Assembly (NCBI RefSeq): GCF_000186885.1
Contig: NC_014972.1
Location: 1,500,001 to 1,532,000, forward strand
Origin: Desulfobulbus propionicus DSM 2032
GTDB taxonomy: Bacteria > Desulfobacterota > Desulfobulbia > Desulfobulbales > Desulfobulbaceae
Reading direction: 5' to 3'
Length of the DNA: 32,000 nucleotides
Shown piece by piece: positions 1 through 10,877 of this stretch (the stretch's first letter is position 1; the number at the start of each line of letters is the position of its first letter). A program made the translations under genes and the position numbers. The notes below the pieces were generated by a model. It saw only the letters and a list, made by a program, of their open reading frames with translations, was not told where the DNA came from and made no database searches.

Positions 1-510
1 GCTGATCATCGACAACCGCTGGCCCATGGTCTGGCCGTACTGATCGAGCAGGGAGAGCGGCAGGGAGGGGCTGTTGAGCGAGATGAACAGGATCGGGTCC
101 GAAGCGGGGTTGGTGCGGCGGAAGGAGGGCGGCGAGGGCATGTTGTCGGGCAGCCGGCGGTTGGCCAGCGAGATCGCGGTCTGCACATCCTGGGCCGCGG
201 CGTCGATGTCCCGCTCCAGGGAAAACTGGAGGGTGATCTGGGTCGAGCCGGTGGTGGACACCGAACTCATCGAATCAAGCCCGGCGATGGTGGAGAACTC
301 CTTTTCCAGCACCGTGGCCACGGTTGAGGCCATGGTGTCCGGGTTGGCGCCGGGCAGGTTGGCGGTGACCTGGATGGTGGGAAAATCGACGTTGGGCAGG
401 TCGCTGACCGCCAAGTGCCGGTAGCCGATCAGGCCGAACAGGAGGATGCTGCACATCACCAGCACGGTCATCACCGGCCGGCGGATGAAAAGATCGGAGG
501 TGCCGGTCAT
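1..510 (-). CDS. RND-family efflux pump permease (AcrB/MdtB-like), N-terminal 170 aa only; the gene runs off the left edge
   Basis: Own translation from ATG at 510-508: MTGTSDLFIRRPVMTVLVMCSILLFGLIGYRHLAVSDLPNVDFPTIQVTANLPGANPDTMASTVATVLEKEF... This is a typical RND N-terminus (FIRRPV, TM1, then the periplasmic porter start). In frame to base 1. ATGA overlap with the MFP stop (507-510). Confidence 0.85.
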   Translation of the reverse strand, partial: MTGTSDLFIRRPVMTVLVMCSILLFGLIGYRHLAVSDLPNVDFPTIQVTANLPGANPDTMASTVATVLEKEFSTIAGLDSMSSVSTTGSTQITLQFSLERDIDAAAQDVQTAISLANRRLPDNMPSPPSFRRTNPASDPILFISLNSPSLPLSLLDQYGQTMGQRLSMIS

Positions 511-1742
511 GGTGTCGTCTGCCTGGTGCCGTTGCCCGACTGCGCGTCCTGGACGGTGGCGCCACTTTCTCTGGCCTGATCGCGCCGTTCAATTTTGACC
601 CCGTCGGCCAACTGCAACTGACCGTCGATGACCACGAGCTCGCCCTCCGTGAGCCCCGAGTCGATCACCGCCCCTCCCTGATAGAGCATACCGGGCGTCA
701 CCGGCCGGTAGCTGACGGTTTGCTCGTCGGTGACCACATACACATAGGCGCCTTCCTGGCCGACCTGCACCGCCTGCGCGGGGACAACGATGCAGTCCGG
801 CCGTTGGGAGAGGACGACGCGCACATCGATCAGTTGTCCCGGCCACAACTGGCGGTCGCTGTTGACGAAACTGGCCTTGAGCCGCAGCATGCCGGTGGTC
901 GGATCAACGGTGTTGTCGATAAAGGCCAACGCACCGGCAACGGGGCTGCCGGCCGCGTGTTTCTGCGGGGTGGCCAACACCTTGAGGCTTTCGACGGCCT
1001 GGTAGCGGGCAATCTCCTGGAGGTGCTGGCCGGGGACGGTGAAGGTGGCCAGGATCGGCTGGATCCGTTTGAGGATGACCATCGGACTGTCGGCATTCTC
1101 CTTGATCAGGTTGCCCTGGTGGCTGAGCAATTCGCCGGTTCGCCCGGCAAAGGGTGCCCGGATCGAGCAGTATTCCAGCTCCAGCCGGGCCTTGTCGACC
1201 GCCGCCTCATCCGCCTTGACCGTGGCGGCGAGGGTGGCCACCCGGGTCGCCGCCTGATCGGCCTGTTCCTGCGACACATACCCTTTGTGCGCGGCCTGCG
1301 CGTAGCGGCCGGATTCACGCCGGGCATTGTCCAGCTCGGCCTTGTCCCCGGCTAGCTCGGCTTCGGCCTTGGCCAGGGCGGCGGCAAAGGGACGGGGGTC
1401 GATGGTGAACAGCAGCTCCCCGCCTTTCACCGTATCGCCTTCGCGGAAATGGACGGTCTTGAGCGTTCCAGTCACCTGCGAGCGGATCTCCACCGTGGCC
1501 GATGCTTCCACATGGCCGATGGCGGTCAATTCAACAGGCACTGTTTTTCTGCTGCTGGCCGCCACGCTCACCGGGATCGCCGCCCGTTTTTTCTGGCCGC
1601 TCTTTTCCTCGCGTTGTTGTGAACAGCCGCTCATGCAAAGCAGGGCCACCAGCCCGGTGAGGACGAGCAGGCAAAGAAGCGGGCAGGCGGATTGGGCAGA
1701 CCGGTCATGCGGCAGGAGAAAATGGTGGAAAAACAGCATCAT
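507..1742 (-). CDS. RND efflux periplasmic adaptor (membrane fusion protein, AcrA/MdtA-like lipoprotein)
   Basis: 411-aa ORF. Signal peptide with lipobox (LLCMSGC). Coiled-coil hairpin region (AELAGDKAELDNARRE...QADQAATRVATLAATVKADEAAVDKARLELEYCSIRAPFAGRTG). ATGA overlaps with both neighbouring genes. Confidence 0.9.
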   Translation of the reverse strand: MMLFFHHFLLPHDRSAQSACPLLCLLVLTGLVALLCMSGCSQQREEKSGQKKRAAIPVSVAASSRKTVPVELTAIGHVEASATVEIRSQVTGTLKTVHFREGDTVKGGELLFTIDPRPFAAALAKAEAELAGDKAELDNARRESGRYAQAAHKGYVSQEQADQAATRVATLAATVKADEAAVDKARLELEYCSIRAPFAGRTGELLSHQGNLIKENADSPMVILKRIQPILATFTVPGQHLQEIARYQAVESLKVLATPQKHAAGSPVAGALAFIDNTVDPTTGMLRLKASFVNSDRQLWPGQLIDVRVVLSQRPDCIVVPAQAVQVGQEGAYVYVVTDEQTVSYRPVTPGMLYQGGAVIDSGLTEGELVVIDGQLQLADGVKIERRDQARESGATVQDAQSGNGTRQTTP

Positions 1743-3232
1743 GGGATGTTCCTTGCGGGGAGCGTGGTCGTCGCGCGCGACAGGGTGGCCGCAGGAAGGG
1801 GTTGCGTCTGCCAGCCGCCGCCCAGGGCCTTGTAGAGGGTAAGCATGCCGATTGCCAGCCGCTGGCCGCTTTGTGCCAGTTTGTCCTGGGATTGGTAGAG
1901 AGCATTCTGGCTTTGCAACACATTGAGAAAGGGGGTGATTCCCGCCTGGTACTGGCCGTGGGCGATGACCACTGCCCGCTGACTGGCCTTGACCGCTTCC
2001 TGCAGAATCGCATGCGTTGTCCGTTCGCGCTCCAGGGTGACCAGGGCATTTTCCGTTTCCGTCAGCGCCGTCAGCACCGTTTGTTCATAGGTCAGCTCGG
2101 CACGCCGGCGCTGGGCCTCGCTGGCATCGACCGCCGCCCGTGCCGTGCCGCCGTCGAACAGGGGCCAGCGTACTGCGGGGCCGGCCGACCAGAAACGGCT
2201 GCCGCTGGCGATCAGATCGCCGAGCGAAGTGCTTTGCAGGCCGATCAGGGCGGAGAGGGAAAAACGGGGAAACAGATCGGCCGTGGCCGCGCCCACCGTG
2301 GCGGTGGCGACGGCCAGCCGGCGTTCGGCGCTGCGGATGTCGGGCCGCTGGCGCAGCAGTTCCGAGGGCAGGACATGGGGAAGATGCGGCGGCACCGGTG
2401 GCAGTGGCGCTTCCGCCGTCAGCTCCAGCTTCAGGGTTTGCGGTTGCTGGCCGAGAAGCAGGGCCAGTTGATGCATGGCTTGAGCGGCGCTGCTTTCCAG
2501 GAGCGGCATTTCCGCCCTGGTCTGGGCCAGCAGGGTTTCTGCCTGGGCCACCTCCAGATCGCTGCCCAACCCGAGGTGGAACTTGTTGCGCACCACCTCC
2601 ACGGTTTGTTCCTGGATGCGGCTGTTTTCCCGGGCAATGGCCAGCCGCTGCTGACTGGACCGCAGCTCGATGTAATTACGTGCCACCTCGGCGGCCAGGG
2701 AGACGCACACGCCGCGCCAATCTTCCACCGTGGCGGCCAGATTGGCCTCGGCGGCTTCGGCCTGGCGCCGGACACCGCCAAAGAGGTCGAGTTCCCACCC
2801 GGCATCGAACCCGGTTTCAAATACATCCTGATACCGGTCGCTGCTCTGGACGCGCTCGCTGCGGCGGCTGGTGGTGTAACTGCCGCCGAGATCGACGGAG
2901 GGCAACAGGGATGCGGTCGCGATTCGGCGGGCAGCCCGGGCCTCGACAACGCGCGTTTCGGCAATGCGCAGATCGGGATTGGCGGTCAGGGCCCGGGCGA
3001 TCAGCGAATCCAACAGCGGATCCCTGAACAGCGACCACCAGTGGGAGAGGGTGGTTGCCGGCGTATTCCCCGAACCGGTGCCCTCGCTCCATTGGCTGGG
3101 CATTGCCGTTTGCGGCGGCTGGTAATCGGGGCCGACCGGCGCACAGGCGGTCAAGAGGGCCACACTCAGCAGGAACAGGATCAATCGGTATGTACGGTGG
3201 TGTGGACAACCCATGGAATGCGTGCCTGCCAT
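1739..3232 (-). CDS. Outer-membrane efflux lipoprotein (NodT/OprM family OMF)
   Basis: ORF 1739-3370. Start trimmed to M47 (or M53 at 3214) because a lipoprotein signal follows (RLILFLLSVALLTACAPVGPDYQPP). NodT-type motifs are present (WW..F.D..L..L, duplicated coiled-coil repeats). It is the first gene of the OMF-MFP-RND operon. Confidence 0.85.
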   Translation of the reverse strand: MAGTHSMGCPHHRTYRLILFLLSVALLTACAPVGPDYQPPQTAMPSQWSEGTGSGNTPATTLSHWWSLFRDPLLDSLIARALTANPDLRIAETRVVEARAARRIATASLLPSVDLGGSYTTSRRSERVQSSDRYQDVFETGFDAGWELDLFGGVRRQAEAAEANLAATVEDWRGVCVSLAAEVARNYIELRSSQQRLAIARENSRIQEQTVEVVRNKFHLGLGSDLEVAQAETLLAQTRAEMPLLESSAAQAMHQLALLLGQQPQTLKLELTAEAPLPPVPPHLPHVLPSELLRQRPDIRSAERRLAVATATVGAATADLFPRFSLSALIGLQSTSLGDLIASGSRFWSAGPAVRWPLFDGGTARAAVDASEAQRRRAELTYEQTVLTALTETENALVTLERERTTHAILQEAVKASQRAVVIAHGQYQAGITPFLNVLQSQNALYQSQDKLAQSGQRLAIGMLTLYKALGGGWQTQPLPAATLSRATTTLPARNIP

Positions 3233-3601
3233 GCAGGGTGGACGTGTCGATTTGCGGGAAAGAGAAAGGCCGTCGGGGCATCGGTCTCGCCAGGCGCGGA
3301 AATTCCTGAGTGAAGTTCCCGCGCCGTTGTCGCCTGGCACCTTGGGTGCCAAAGGCAGGATGATAAACAAAGCCTCCCTGTTTCACAATCACATTCAGGG
3401 CGCCGCGGACGATAAGCTCCCAAACGTTCATGGTGTGGCCGGAGTAAGGAGGAAAGTACGCGCAAGGAGGCTGGCGGCGATTGCGTGGAGCGGTGCTTTC
3501 ACTTTTTCGCAGTCAGAGGTATGGTGCGTTCAACCATCCTTTCCGGAGCGATCATCGGTTGTTTTGCCGATGCCGTTGCACTGATCAGGGAGAGAGAACA
3601 C

Positions 3602-4699
3602 ATGAACACCGCCATCAAGAAGGGGCTTGCCGGGCTGGGCGGCCTGCTGCTGATCGCCGCCGCTGTCCTGGCGTGGAACGTGTTGCGGCCCAATGGTCTT
3701 GCCGAGGGTTTTGCCGCCGGCAACGGCCGGATCGAGGCTGTGGAGATCGATATCGCCGCCAAAGGCGCTGGCCGAATCAAGGAAATCCTGGCCGGCGAGG
3801 GCGATTTTGTCACCCATGGCCAGATACTGGCTCGCATGGACACCCAGCAGTTGGAGGCGCAGCGTCGAGAGGCCGAAGCCCAGCTGCAACAGACCGGGTA
3901 CGCGGTGGACACCGCCAAGAGCCAGGTGGCCCAGCGCCTGAGCGAGAAAAACGCGGCCCAGGCCGTGCTTGCCCAGCGTCGGGCCGAGCTGGAGGCGGCC
4001 CGCAAGCGCTTGGAACGGTTCGAGGTGCTTTCCCGCCGCGGAGCCACCTCGGTGCAGGATCTGGATGATAATCGCGCCAAATTTCTCAGCGGTCAGGCAG
4101 CGGTGAGCGCTGCCGAAGCCCAGATCGCGGCGGCCGAGGCGGCGGTGATCACCGCCAAGTCACAGCTGCTCGGCAGCCAGTCGGCCGTGCAGGCGGTCCA
4201 GGCGACGATCGAACGGTTGCAGGCCGATATCGACGACGGTGTGCTCAAGGCGCCCACCGCCGGCCGCATCCAGTATCGGGTGGCCCAGCCGGGCGAGGTG
4301 TTGGCCGGCGGCGGCAAGGTGCTCAATCTGCTCGACCTGAGCGATGTCTACATGACTTTTTTCCTGCCCACGGAAAAGGCGGGCAAACTTGGCCTGGGCA
4401 GTGAGGTACGGTTGGTGCTCGATGCGGCCCCGCAGTTTGTCATACCGGCACGGATCTCCTACGTGGCCGATGTCGCCCAGTTCACCCCCAAAACGGTGGA
4501 AACCGCCAGCGAGCGGCAGAAGCTGATGTTTAGGGTCAAGGCCAGAATCGATCCGGAGCTGCTCAAAACCTACATCACCCACGTTAAAACCGGCCTGCCC
4601 GGCATGGCCTACGTGCGGCTGGATCAGTCCATCGACTGGCCGGCCCACTTGCGAGTCAATCTGCCCTCGTTGCCGCAGACCACCGCAGCCCAACCATGA
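3602..4699 (+). CDS. HlyD-family secretion/adaptor protein of an ABC efflux system (YhiI/YbhG-like)
   Basis: Start placed at [25 protein letters not shown] (N-terminal TM anchor). Long Ala/Gln-rich coiled coil followed by a beta-barrel region. Its stop overlaps the ABC gene start (ATGA at 4696). Confidence 0.85.
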   Translation: MNTAIKKGLAGLGGLLLIAAAVLAWNVLRPNGLAEGFAAGNGRIEAVEIDIAAKGAGRIKEILAGEGDFVTHGQILARMDTQQLEAQRREAEAQLQQTGYAVDTAKSQVAQRLSEKNAAQAVLAQRRAELEAARKRLERFEVLSRRGATSVQDLDDNRAKFLSGQAAVSAAEAQIAAAEAAVITAKSQLLGSQSAVQAVQATIERLQADIDDGVLKAPTAGRIQYRVAQPGEVLAGGGKVLNLLDLSDVYMTFFLPTEKAGKLGLGSEVRLVLDAAPQFVIPARISYVADVAQFTPKTVETASERQKLMFRVKARIDPELLKTYITHVKTGLPGMAYVRLDQSIDWPAHLRVNLPSLPQTTAAQP

Positions 4700-7470
4700 A
4701 TACCTCCGCAGCCGAGCCGGTTGCCCGACTGGCGGGCGTCACCCTGCGCTACGGTTCGACCCTGGCCCTGAACGGGATCACCCTGGACCTGCCCGCCGGG
4801 CACATGGCCGGCCTGATCGGGCCGGACGGGGTCGGCAAATCGAGTCTTCTTGCCCTGGTGGCCGGGGCCCATGTCATCCAGCAGGGGCAGATATGGGTGC
4901 TCGGCGGCGACATGTCCCGGCGCCGCCATCGCGAGGCGGTCTGCCCGCGCATTGCCTACATGCCCCAGGGACTGGGCAAGAATCTCTATCCCACGTTGTC
5001 GGTTATTGAAAACATTGATTTTTTCGGCCGCCTCTTTGGCCAGGGGCCAGCGGAGCGGAGGTGGCGGATCGATCACCTGCTGGCCAGCACCGGCCTGACG
5101 CCCTTTGGCGAGCGTCCGGCCGGCAAGCTCTCCGGCGGCATGAAGCAGAAGCTGGGCCTCTGCTGTGCCTTGATCCACGATCCGGATCTGTTGATTCTCG
5201 ACGAACCGACCACCGGCGTCGACCCCCTGTCCCGGGCTCAGTTCTGGAGTCTGATCGAAGGGATTCGCACCTCGCGGCCGGGGATGAGTGTGTTGGTGGC
5301 CACGGCCTACATGGAGGAAGCCGCCCATTTCGACTGGTTGGCAGTGATGGAAGAGGGGAAGGTGCTGGCCACGGGGGCGCCTGCGGAGCTGCTGGCGCGG
5401 ACCGCCGCCGGGACCCTGGAAGAGGCTTTCGTCGCGCTGTTGCCCGAGGATCGCCGTCGCGAGCACCTGCCGGTACGGATCCCGCCGCGCAACGCGGCGC
5501 AGGATGGGGTGACGGCGATCGAAGCCCGGGAACTGACCATGCGCTTTGGCGATTTTGTCGCGGTCGACCGGGTCAGTTTCCAGATCAAGAGCGGCGAAAT
5601 TTTTGGATTCCTCGGCTCCAACGGCTGCGGCAAGACCACCACCATGAAGATGCTCACCGGCCTGCTGCCGGCATCCGGCGGCCACGCCTGGCTGTTTGGC
5701 CAGCCGGTCAACCCCCGGGATATCGACACCCGCCGCCGGGTCGGCTACATGACCCAGTCCTTTTCCCTGTACGCCGAACTGAGCGTGGCCCAGAACCTGG
5801 AGCTGCACGCCCGTTTGTTCAACGTGCCGGCCGAGAAAATACCCGGACGAGTGCGCGAGATGGCCGAGCGGTTCGGTCTGGCCGACGTGATGACCGCTCT
5901 GCCCGGCAATCTGCCCTTGGGCCAGCGGCAGCGGCTGTCCCTGGCCGTGGCCATGATCCACAAGCCGGAGATGCTGATCCTCGACGAGCCGACCTCGGGG
6001 GTCGACCCCATCGCCCGCGACCGTTTTTGGCAGAGCATGATCGACCTGGCCCGCAACGACGGGGTCACCATCTTCATCTCCACCCATTTCATGAACGAGG
6101 CCGAGCGCTGCGACCGTATTTCCCTGATGCATGCCGGTCGGGTGCTGATCAGCGACAGCCCGGCGGCAATCAAGGCCAAGCGCGGGGCCGCGACCCTGGA
6201 ACAGGCCTTTATCGGCTATCTTGCCGAGGCCGGCGCGCAGGGCGGCACGGTCGAACCGTCGAACGCGCAACCGGCTTCTCCTCCCGCGACGATCGATCCG
6301 GCAACCGATCCATCCCGCGCACCGGCCTCTCACCCGCGGCGCCGGTTCAGTCTGGCCCGGGCCTTGAGCTACGCGCGGCGCGAATCCATGGAACTGCGGC
6401 GCGATCCGGTGCGCGCCACCCTGGCCTTGCTGGGCAGCGTCATCCTGATGGTGGTCATGGGGTACGGTATCAGCTACGATGTCGAGGATTTGCCCTTTGC
6501 CGTGCTCGACCGGGACCAAACCACCGCTAGCCGCGACTACATTCTCAATTTGAGCGGTTCCCGATACTTCATCGAACATCCGCCCCTGGCCGACTATGCC
6601 GAGCTGGACCGGCGGATGCGCGCGGGCGAAATCAGCCTGGCCCTGGAGATGCCACCCGGATTCGGCCGTGATCTGGCGCGCGGCAGACCGGTGGTCATCG
6701 GCGCCTGGATCGACGGGGCCATGCCGCAGCGGGCGGAAACCATTCAGGGCTATGTCAACGGCATGCATGGCCTGTGGCTGGCCAGTCTGCGCGGCCGCCA
6801 GTCTTCAGCCATGGGCGACGCCTCTCCATTCACGGTCGAAACCCGCTACCGGTACAACCCGGATGTCAAGAGCCTCGTAGCCATGGTGCCGGCGGTGATC
6901 CCCTTGCTGCTGATCATGATTCCGGCCATGCTCACCACGCTGAGCGTGGTGCGGGAGAAAGAACTGGGATCGATCATCAATCTCTACGTCACTCCGGTGA
7001 CCCGGATGGAATTCCTGCTCGGCAAGCAGCTGCCGTACATCGGCTTGGCCATGGCGAATTTTTTCCTGTTGGCGTTGATGGCGGTGACCCTGTTTGGCGT
7101 GCCCGTCCGGGGCGATCTTCTCGCCCTGATCGTGGCGGCCCTGCTTTATGTGTCCGCAGCCACCGCCCTCGGGTTGCTGATTTCCTCGTTCATGCGCAGT
7201 CAGGTGGCGGCCATTTTCGGGACCGCCATCCTCACCATCCTGCCGTCGGTCAATTTTTCCGGCATGACCAATCCGGTCACCTCCCAGGAGGGGTTGGGGC
7301 GGGTGATCGGCACCCTCTATCCCACCGCCCACTTTCTCACCATCAGCCGGGGTATCTTTGCCAAGGGGTTGGGCTTTGCCGATCTCCCCGTTCAATTTCT
7401 GGTGCTGCTGGTTACCATTCCGCTCTTGCTGGGAGCGTGCGCAATGCTGTTGAAAAAACAGGAGGGCTGA
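4696..7470 (+). CDS. Fused ABC transporter: two ATP-binding domains plus a C-terminal ABC-2 permease domain (RbbA/YhiH-type architecture)
   Basis: 924 aa. Two Walker A sites ([18 protein letters not shown]), two signature motifs ([16 protein letters not shown]) and two Walker B sites ([16 protein letters not shown]), followed by about 6 TM helices. Confidence 0.9.
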   Translation: MNTSAAEPVARLAGVTLRYGSTLALNGITLDLPAGHMAGLIGPDGVGKSSLLALVAGAHVIQQGQIWVLGGDMSRRRHREAVCPRIAYMPQGLGKNLYPTLSVIENIDFFGRLFGQGPAERRWRIDHLLASTGLTPFGERPAGKLSGGMKQKLGLCCALIHDPDLLILDEPTTGVDPLSRAQFWSLIEGIRTSRPGMSVLVATAYMEEAAHFDWLAVMEEGKVLATGAPAELLARTAAGTLEEAFVALLPEDRRREHLPVRIPPRNAAQDGVTAIEARELTMRFGDFVAVDRVSFQIKSGEIFGFLGSNGCGKTTTMKMLTGLLPASGGHAWLFGQPVNPRDIDTRRRVGYMTQSFSLYAELSVAQNLELHARLFNVPAEKIPGRVREMAERFGLADVMTALPGNLPLGQRQRLSLAVAMIHKPEMLILDEPTSGVDPIARDRFWQSMIDLARNDGVTIFISTHFMNEAERCDRISLMHAGRVLISDSPAAIKAKRGAATLEQAFIGYLAEAGAQGGTVEPSNAQPASPPATIDPATDPSRAPASHPRRRFSLARALSYARRESMELRRDPVRATLALLGSVILMVVMGYGISYDVEDLPFAVLDRDQTTASRDYILNLSGSRYFIEHPPLADYAELDRRMRAGEISLALEMPPGFGRDLARGRPVVIGAWIDGAMPQRAETIQGYVNGMHGLWLASLRGRQSSAMGDASPFTVETRYRYNPDVKSLVAMVPAVIPLLLIMIPAMLTTLSVVREKELGSIINLYVTPVTRMEFLLGKQLPYIGLAMANFFLLALMAVTLFGVPVRGDLLALIVAALLYVSAATALGLLISSFMRSQVAAIFGTAILTILPSVNFSGMTNPVTSQEGLGRVIGTLYPTAHFLTISRGIFAKGLGFADLPVQFLVLLVTIPLLLGACAMLLKKQEG

Positions 7471-7472
7471 GG

Positions 7473-8594
7473 ATGCGAGCCGCCAACATCGTCCATCTGG
7501 GAAACAAGGAACTGCGCAGTCTGGCCCGTGACCCCATTCTGCTGTTTCTAATCGTCTACTCGTTCACCATCGGTGTGTATGCCTCGGCCACCGCCATGCC
7601 CGACTCGCTCAACAAGGCACCGATCGCCATTGTCGACGAGGATGGCTCGCCCCTGTCGTCCCGTATTGCCTCCGCCTTTTATCCACCCCACTTCTTGGTC
7701 CCGGTGCAGATCAGCCAGCCGGAGATGGATGCGCGCATGGATCAGGGACTTGATACCTTTGCCCTCGATATTCCCCCCAACTTCCAGCGCGATCTTCTTG
7801 CGGGCCGCAGCCCGGCCATTCAGCTCAACATCGATGCCACCCGCATGTCCCAGGCCTTTACCGGCAATGGCTATATCCAGGCAATCCTCGACGGCGAGAT
7901 AGCCGAGTTCCTCCAACGCTCCCGTTCCGCCGACCCTTCGCCGGTGGAGCTCAACCTGCGCCACCGCTTCAACCCGTCGCTGACCCAGGCCTGGTTTGGC
8001 GCGGTGATGGAGGTGATCAACAATGTCACCATGCTCTCCATTATTCTTACCGGCGCCTCCCTGATCCGCGAGCGGGAGCACGGTACGGTCGAGCATCTGC
8101 TGGTCATGCCGGTGACGCCGGGCGAGATCATGATCAGCAAGGCATCGGCCATGGGGTTGGTGGTGATTGTCGCCAGCGCCCTGTCGTTGGTACTGGTAGT
8201 CCAGGGATTGCTTGCGGTGCAGATCGAAGGATCCTTGCTGCTGTTTTTCGCCGGCACCGGGCTGCATCTCTTTGCCACCACCTCGATGGGCATCTTCATG
8301 GGCACCCTTGCCCGGTCCATGCCCCAATTCGGCCTGTTGATGATGCTGGTGCTGCTGCCCCTGGAGATGCTCTCCGGGGGCGTGACCCCCAGGGAGAGCA
8401 TGCCAACCGTCGTTCAGCTCGTGATGGAGGCCGCGCCCACCACCCACTTTGTCGCTCTGGCCCAGGCCATTTTGTACCGGGGCGCAGGCTTTGCGGTGGT
8501 CTGGCCGCACTTTGCCGCCCTGGTGCTGATCGGCGCGCTGCTCTTTTCTCTGTCGCTGGCGCGCTTCCGCCGCACCATCGGCCTGATGGCCTGA
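7473..8594 (+). CDS. ABC-2 type transporter permease (YhhJ-like)
   Basis: True start is ATG at 7473 (MRAANIVHLGNKELRSLARDPILLF), 2 nt after the upstream stop and preceded by GGAGGG. The 606-aa track ORF (6774-8594) is an out-of-frame 5' extension over the previous gene. C-terminal multi-TM ABC-2 fold. Confidence 0.85.
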   Translation: MRAANIVHLGNKELRSLARDPILLFLIVYSFTIGVYASATAMPDSLNKAPIAIVDEDGSPLSSRIASAFYPPHFLVPVQISQPEMDARMDQGLDTFALDIPPNFQRDLLAGRSPAIQLNIDATRMSQAFTGNGYIQAILDGEIAEFLQRSRSADPSPVELNLRHRFNPSLTQAWFGAVMEVINNVTMLSIILTGASLIREREHGTVEHLLVMPVTPGEIMISKASAMGLVVIVASALSLVLVVQGLLAVQIEGSLLLFFAGTGLHLFATTSMGIFMGTLARSMPQFGLLMMLVLLPLEMLSGGVTPRESMPTVVQLVMEAAPTTHFVALAQAILYRGAGFAVVWPHFAALVLIGALLFSLSLARFRRTIGLMA

Positions 8595-8881
8595 GCGATG
8601 CGAAAATGGCGCAAGGGTGAATGGTCTGTAATATGTTGAAATAAAATGAATTAGTTCTCTGGCCTTTCTTTTGTTAGAAAACGGTTAGCGGACTGTTTTT
8701 TTGGTGTCATAATTGAGTGAGAAAGGTAAAGTCGGTCCGGCTTGGAACGCCTTGCTCTTCTTGCTGAGGAGGTTGCTCCTCTGACCATGGAAAAGGGCTC
8801 GGGGCTTGATTGGTTCATGACCAACGCGAGGTTCCCGGCTGCCTTGAGGACTTTTACTCCAACACGAACAAGAGAACGATT

Positions 8882-9526
8882 ATGAACCTTGGTTTTCTCG
8901 CCAAATTGCTGCCGCCGCCGGAAAACAAATTCTATCAGTATTTCGAGGAGGCCGCCGAGGTCTGTGAACTCTCCTCCCAGCTGTTTTACCAAATTGTCCA
9001 TTCCGATTTGAAGGAACGGGAGGAATATCTCATCCACGCCAAGACCTACAAGCGGCGGGCGGTGGTTGCCCTGGAGGGCAGCCTGGCGCTGCTCAACGCC
9101 TCGTTCATCACCCCCATCGACCGGGAAGACATCCAGTTGATCACCTCCAACCTCTACAAGAGCACCAAGGTCATTCTCAAGGCCTGCGTGAACCTCCGCA
9201 TTTACAAGATCGAGGCTTACAATGAAATTGTCAAGAAACAGGCCGAGATCCTGATCAAGTCGGCGGAGGAGTTGCGCACCATCATCTCGATGTTGAAAAA
9301 TAACGCCTCGCTCGAAGACATCACCGACTGCAACTCACGGATCAAGGATATCGAGAATCGGGGCGACGAGATTCTGTTCACCGCCACCGAAGAAATCTTT
9401 TCCGGCAAATACGACGCGCTCTATGTGCTCAAGCTGCGGGATATTTACAAGGGGATCGAGAACGCCCTCGATATCTGCTCGGTCATTTCCGATCTGATCC
9501 TCAATATCGCCCTCAAACACAGATAA
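8882..9526 (+). CDS. DUF47 / PhoU-like phosphate transport regulator (YkaA family)
   Basis: Start at MNLGFLAKLLPPPENKFYQYFEE. All-helical 214-aa protein immediately upstream of a PiT transporter, which is the conserved DUF47-Pit pairing. Confidence 0.8.
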   Translation: MNLGFLAKLLPPPENKFYQYFEEAAEVCELSSQLFYQIVHSDLKEREEYLIHAKTYKRRAVVALEGSLALLNASFITPIDREDIQLITSNLYKSTKVILKACVNLRIYKIEAYNEIVKKQAEILIKSAEELRTIISMLKNNASLEDITDCNSRIKDIENRGDEILFTATEEIFSGKYDALYVLKLRDIYKGIENALDICSVISDLILNIALKHR

Positions 9527-9602
9527 CTTTCTCCATCATTTTTCCGCACGCGGCAACCACCCTTGCCGCGTCTGCCTGTCACGGAAAAGAGGACGTGCAT
9601 TC

Positions 9603-10586
9603 ATGGTTCTGACCCTGCTTATTTGTGTGATCGTCACCGCGCTTGTCTTTGAATATATCAACGGCTTTCACGATTCCGCCAACGCCATCGCCACGGTGGT
9701 GTCGACCAAGGTGCTCACCGCTCGCGCCGCGGTTATTTATGCCGGATTGCTCAATATCGCTGGGGCCTTCATGGGCACCCACGTGGCCAGCACCATCGGC
9801 AGGGGCATTGTCTCCACCGAAAGCGTCACCCAGGGGGTGATTCTCTGCGCCCTGCTGTCGGCCATCATCTGGAATCTGATCACCTGGTACTACGGCATTC
9901 CTTCCAGCTCTTCACACGCCTTGATCGGCGGCCTCATGGGGGCCACGATCTCCAAGGCCGGGTATCACGTGGTGCATTTCGACGGCGTGACCAAAAAAGT
10001 GCTCATGCCGATGGTCACCTCGCCGCTGATCGGGTTTGGCATCGGCTTTTTGTGCATGGTCCTTATTCTGTGGTTGTGCTCCAGGGCCAATCCCAATACG
10101 GTCAACAAATATTTTAAGAAGCTGCAGCTCGTTTCTTCCGGGATCATGGCGCTCAGCCACGGCAGCAACGATGCCCAGAAGACCATGGGCATCATCACCC
10201 TGGCCCTGGTCAGCTACCACACCCTGGACACCTTCGAGGTTCCTTACTGGGTCATTCTTGGCTGCGCGGTGACCATGGGCCTCGGCACCATGGCCGGCGG
10301 CTGGCGGATCATCCGCACCATGGGCAGCAAGATGATCAAACTCAAGCCGGTGCACGGTTTTGCCGCCGAAACCTCGGCTGCGGCCGTTATCCTCACCGCC
10401 TCCCATTTCGGTATTCCGGTCAGTACCACCCATATCATTTCCACCTCGATCATGGGCGTGGGCAGCACCCGGGGCATCCATGCCCTCAAATGGGGTATCG
10501 TCGGCAACATCGTCATGGCCTGGATTCTGACCATCCCGGTATGCATGGTGATTGCCGCCGTCCTCTACCGCATCCTGCCGGTCTGA
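9603..10586 (+). CDS. pit: Inorganic phosphate transporter, PiT family
   Basis: 327 aa, polytopic. PiT signature NGFHDSANAIATVVST near the N-terminus and its duplicated counterpart (LSHGSNDAQKTMGII). Confidence 0.9.
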   Translation: MVLTLLICVIVTALVFEYINGFHDSANAIATVVSTKVLTARAAVIYAGLLNIAGAFMGTHVASTIGRGIVSTESVTQGVILCALLSAIIWNLITWYYGIPSSSSHALIGGLMGATISKAGYHVVHFDGVTKKVLMPMVTSPLIGFGIGFLCMVLILWLCSRANPNTVNKYFKKLQLVSSGIMALSHGSNDAQKTMGIITLALVSYHTLDTFEVPYWVILGCAVTMGLGTMAGGWRIIRTMGSKMIKLKPVHGFAAETSAAAVILTASHFGIPVSTTHIISTSIMGVGSTRGIHALKWGIVGNIVMAWILTIPVCMVIAAVLYRILPV

Positions 10587-10877
10587 AGCGCTGCGCCGTT
10601 CTGCTGAGCAGGCCGGCGCAACCATTTCCGAGCCAATCGATGATTGTGTCCCTGGTCGGAAGCAACGGCCAATGACGTGCCGGCATTCTCCGGCATCCTT
10701 CTTCCACTGATTCTCTCCCACCCGTCTTCCGCGAGAGCGGCGTCAATCCTTCCCTTTCGTGGTCCGGCGGCAAATCCCACAAGCCACAGCCAGTCAATCC
10801 TCTCCATCCCGGCACATTGCTCGTCCTGAACTTTGTCTGTAAACAGAAGAATGCGGCCAACAATGTGATAGAGTATT

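Noticed and set aside
4624-6768. 714-aa minus-strand ORF. Similar long ORFs: 1802-3313 (+), 5061-6530 (+), 720-1355 (+), 25724-27313 (+), 19491-20615 (+), 18456-19268 (+).
   Set aside because: These are antisense or alternate-frame shadows of well-supported genes (ABC transporter, OMF, MFP, K+ channel, transposase, zot). Their Arg/Gly/Pro-rich low-complexity translations are typical of stop-codon-poor GC-rich DNA. Only the first roughly 65 codons of 25724-27313 are kept, as an IS200-like relic.
6774-8594. 606-aa version of the ABC-2 permease.
   Set aside because: The first 233 or so codons overlap the preceding ABC gene out of frame and give a low-complexity translation. ATG 7473 with an SD just after the upstream stop is the credible start.
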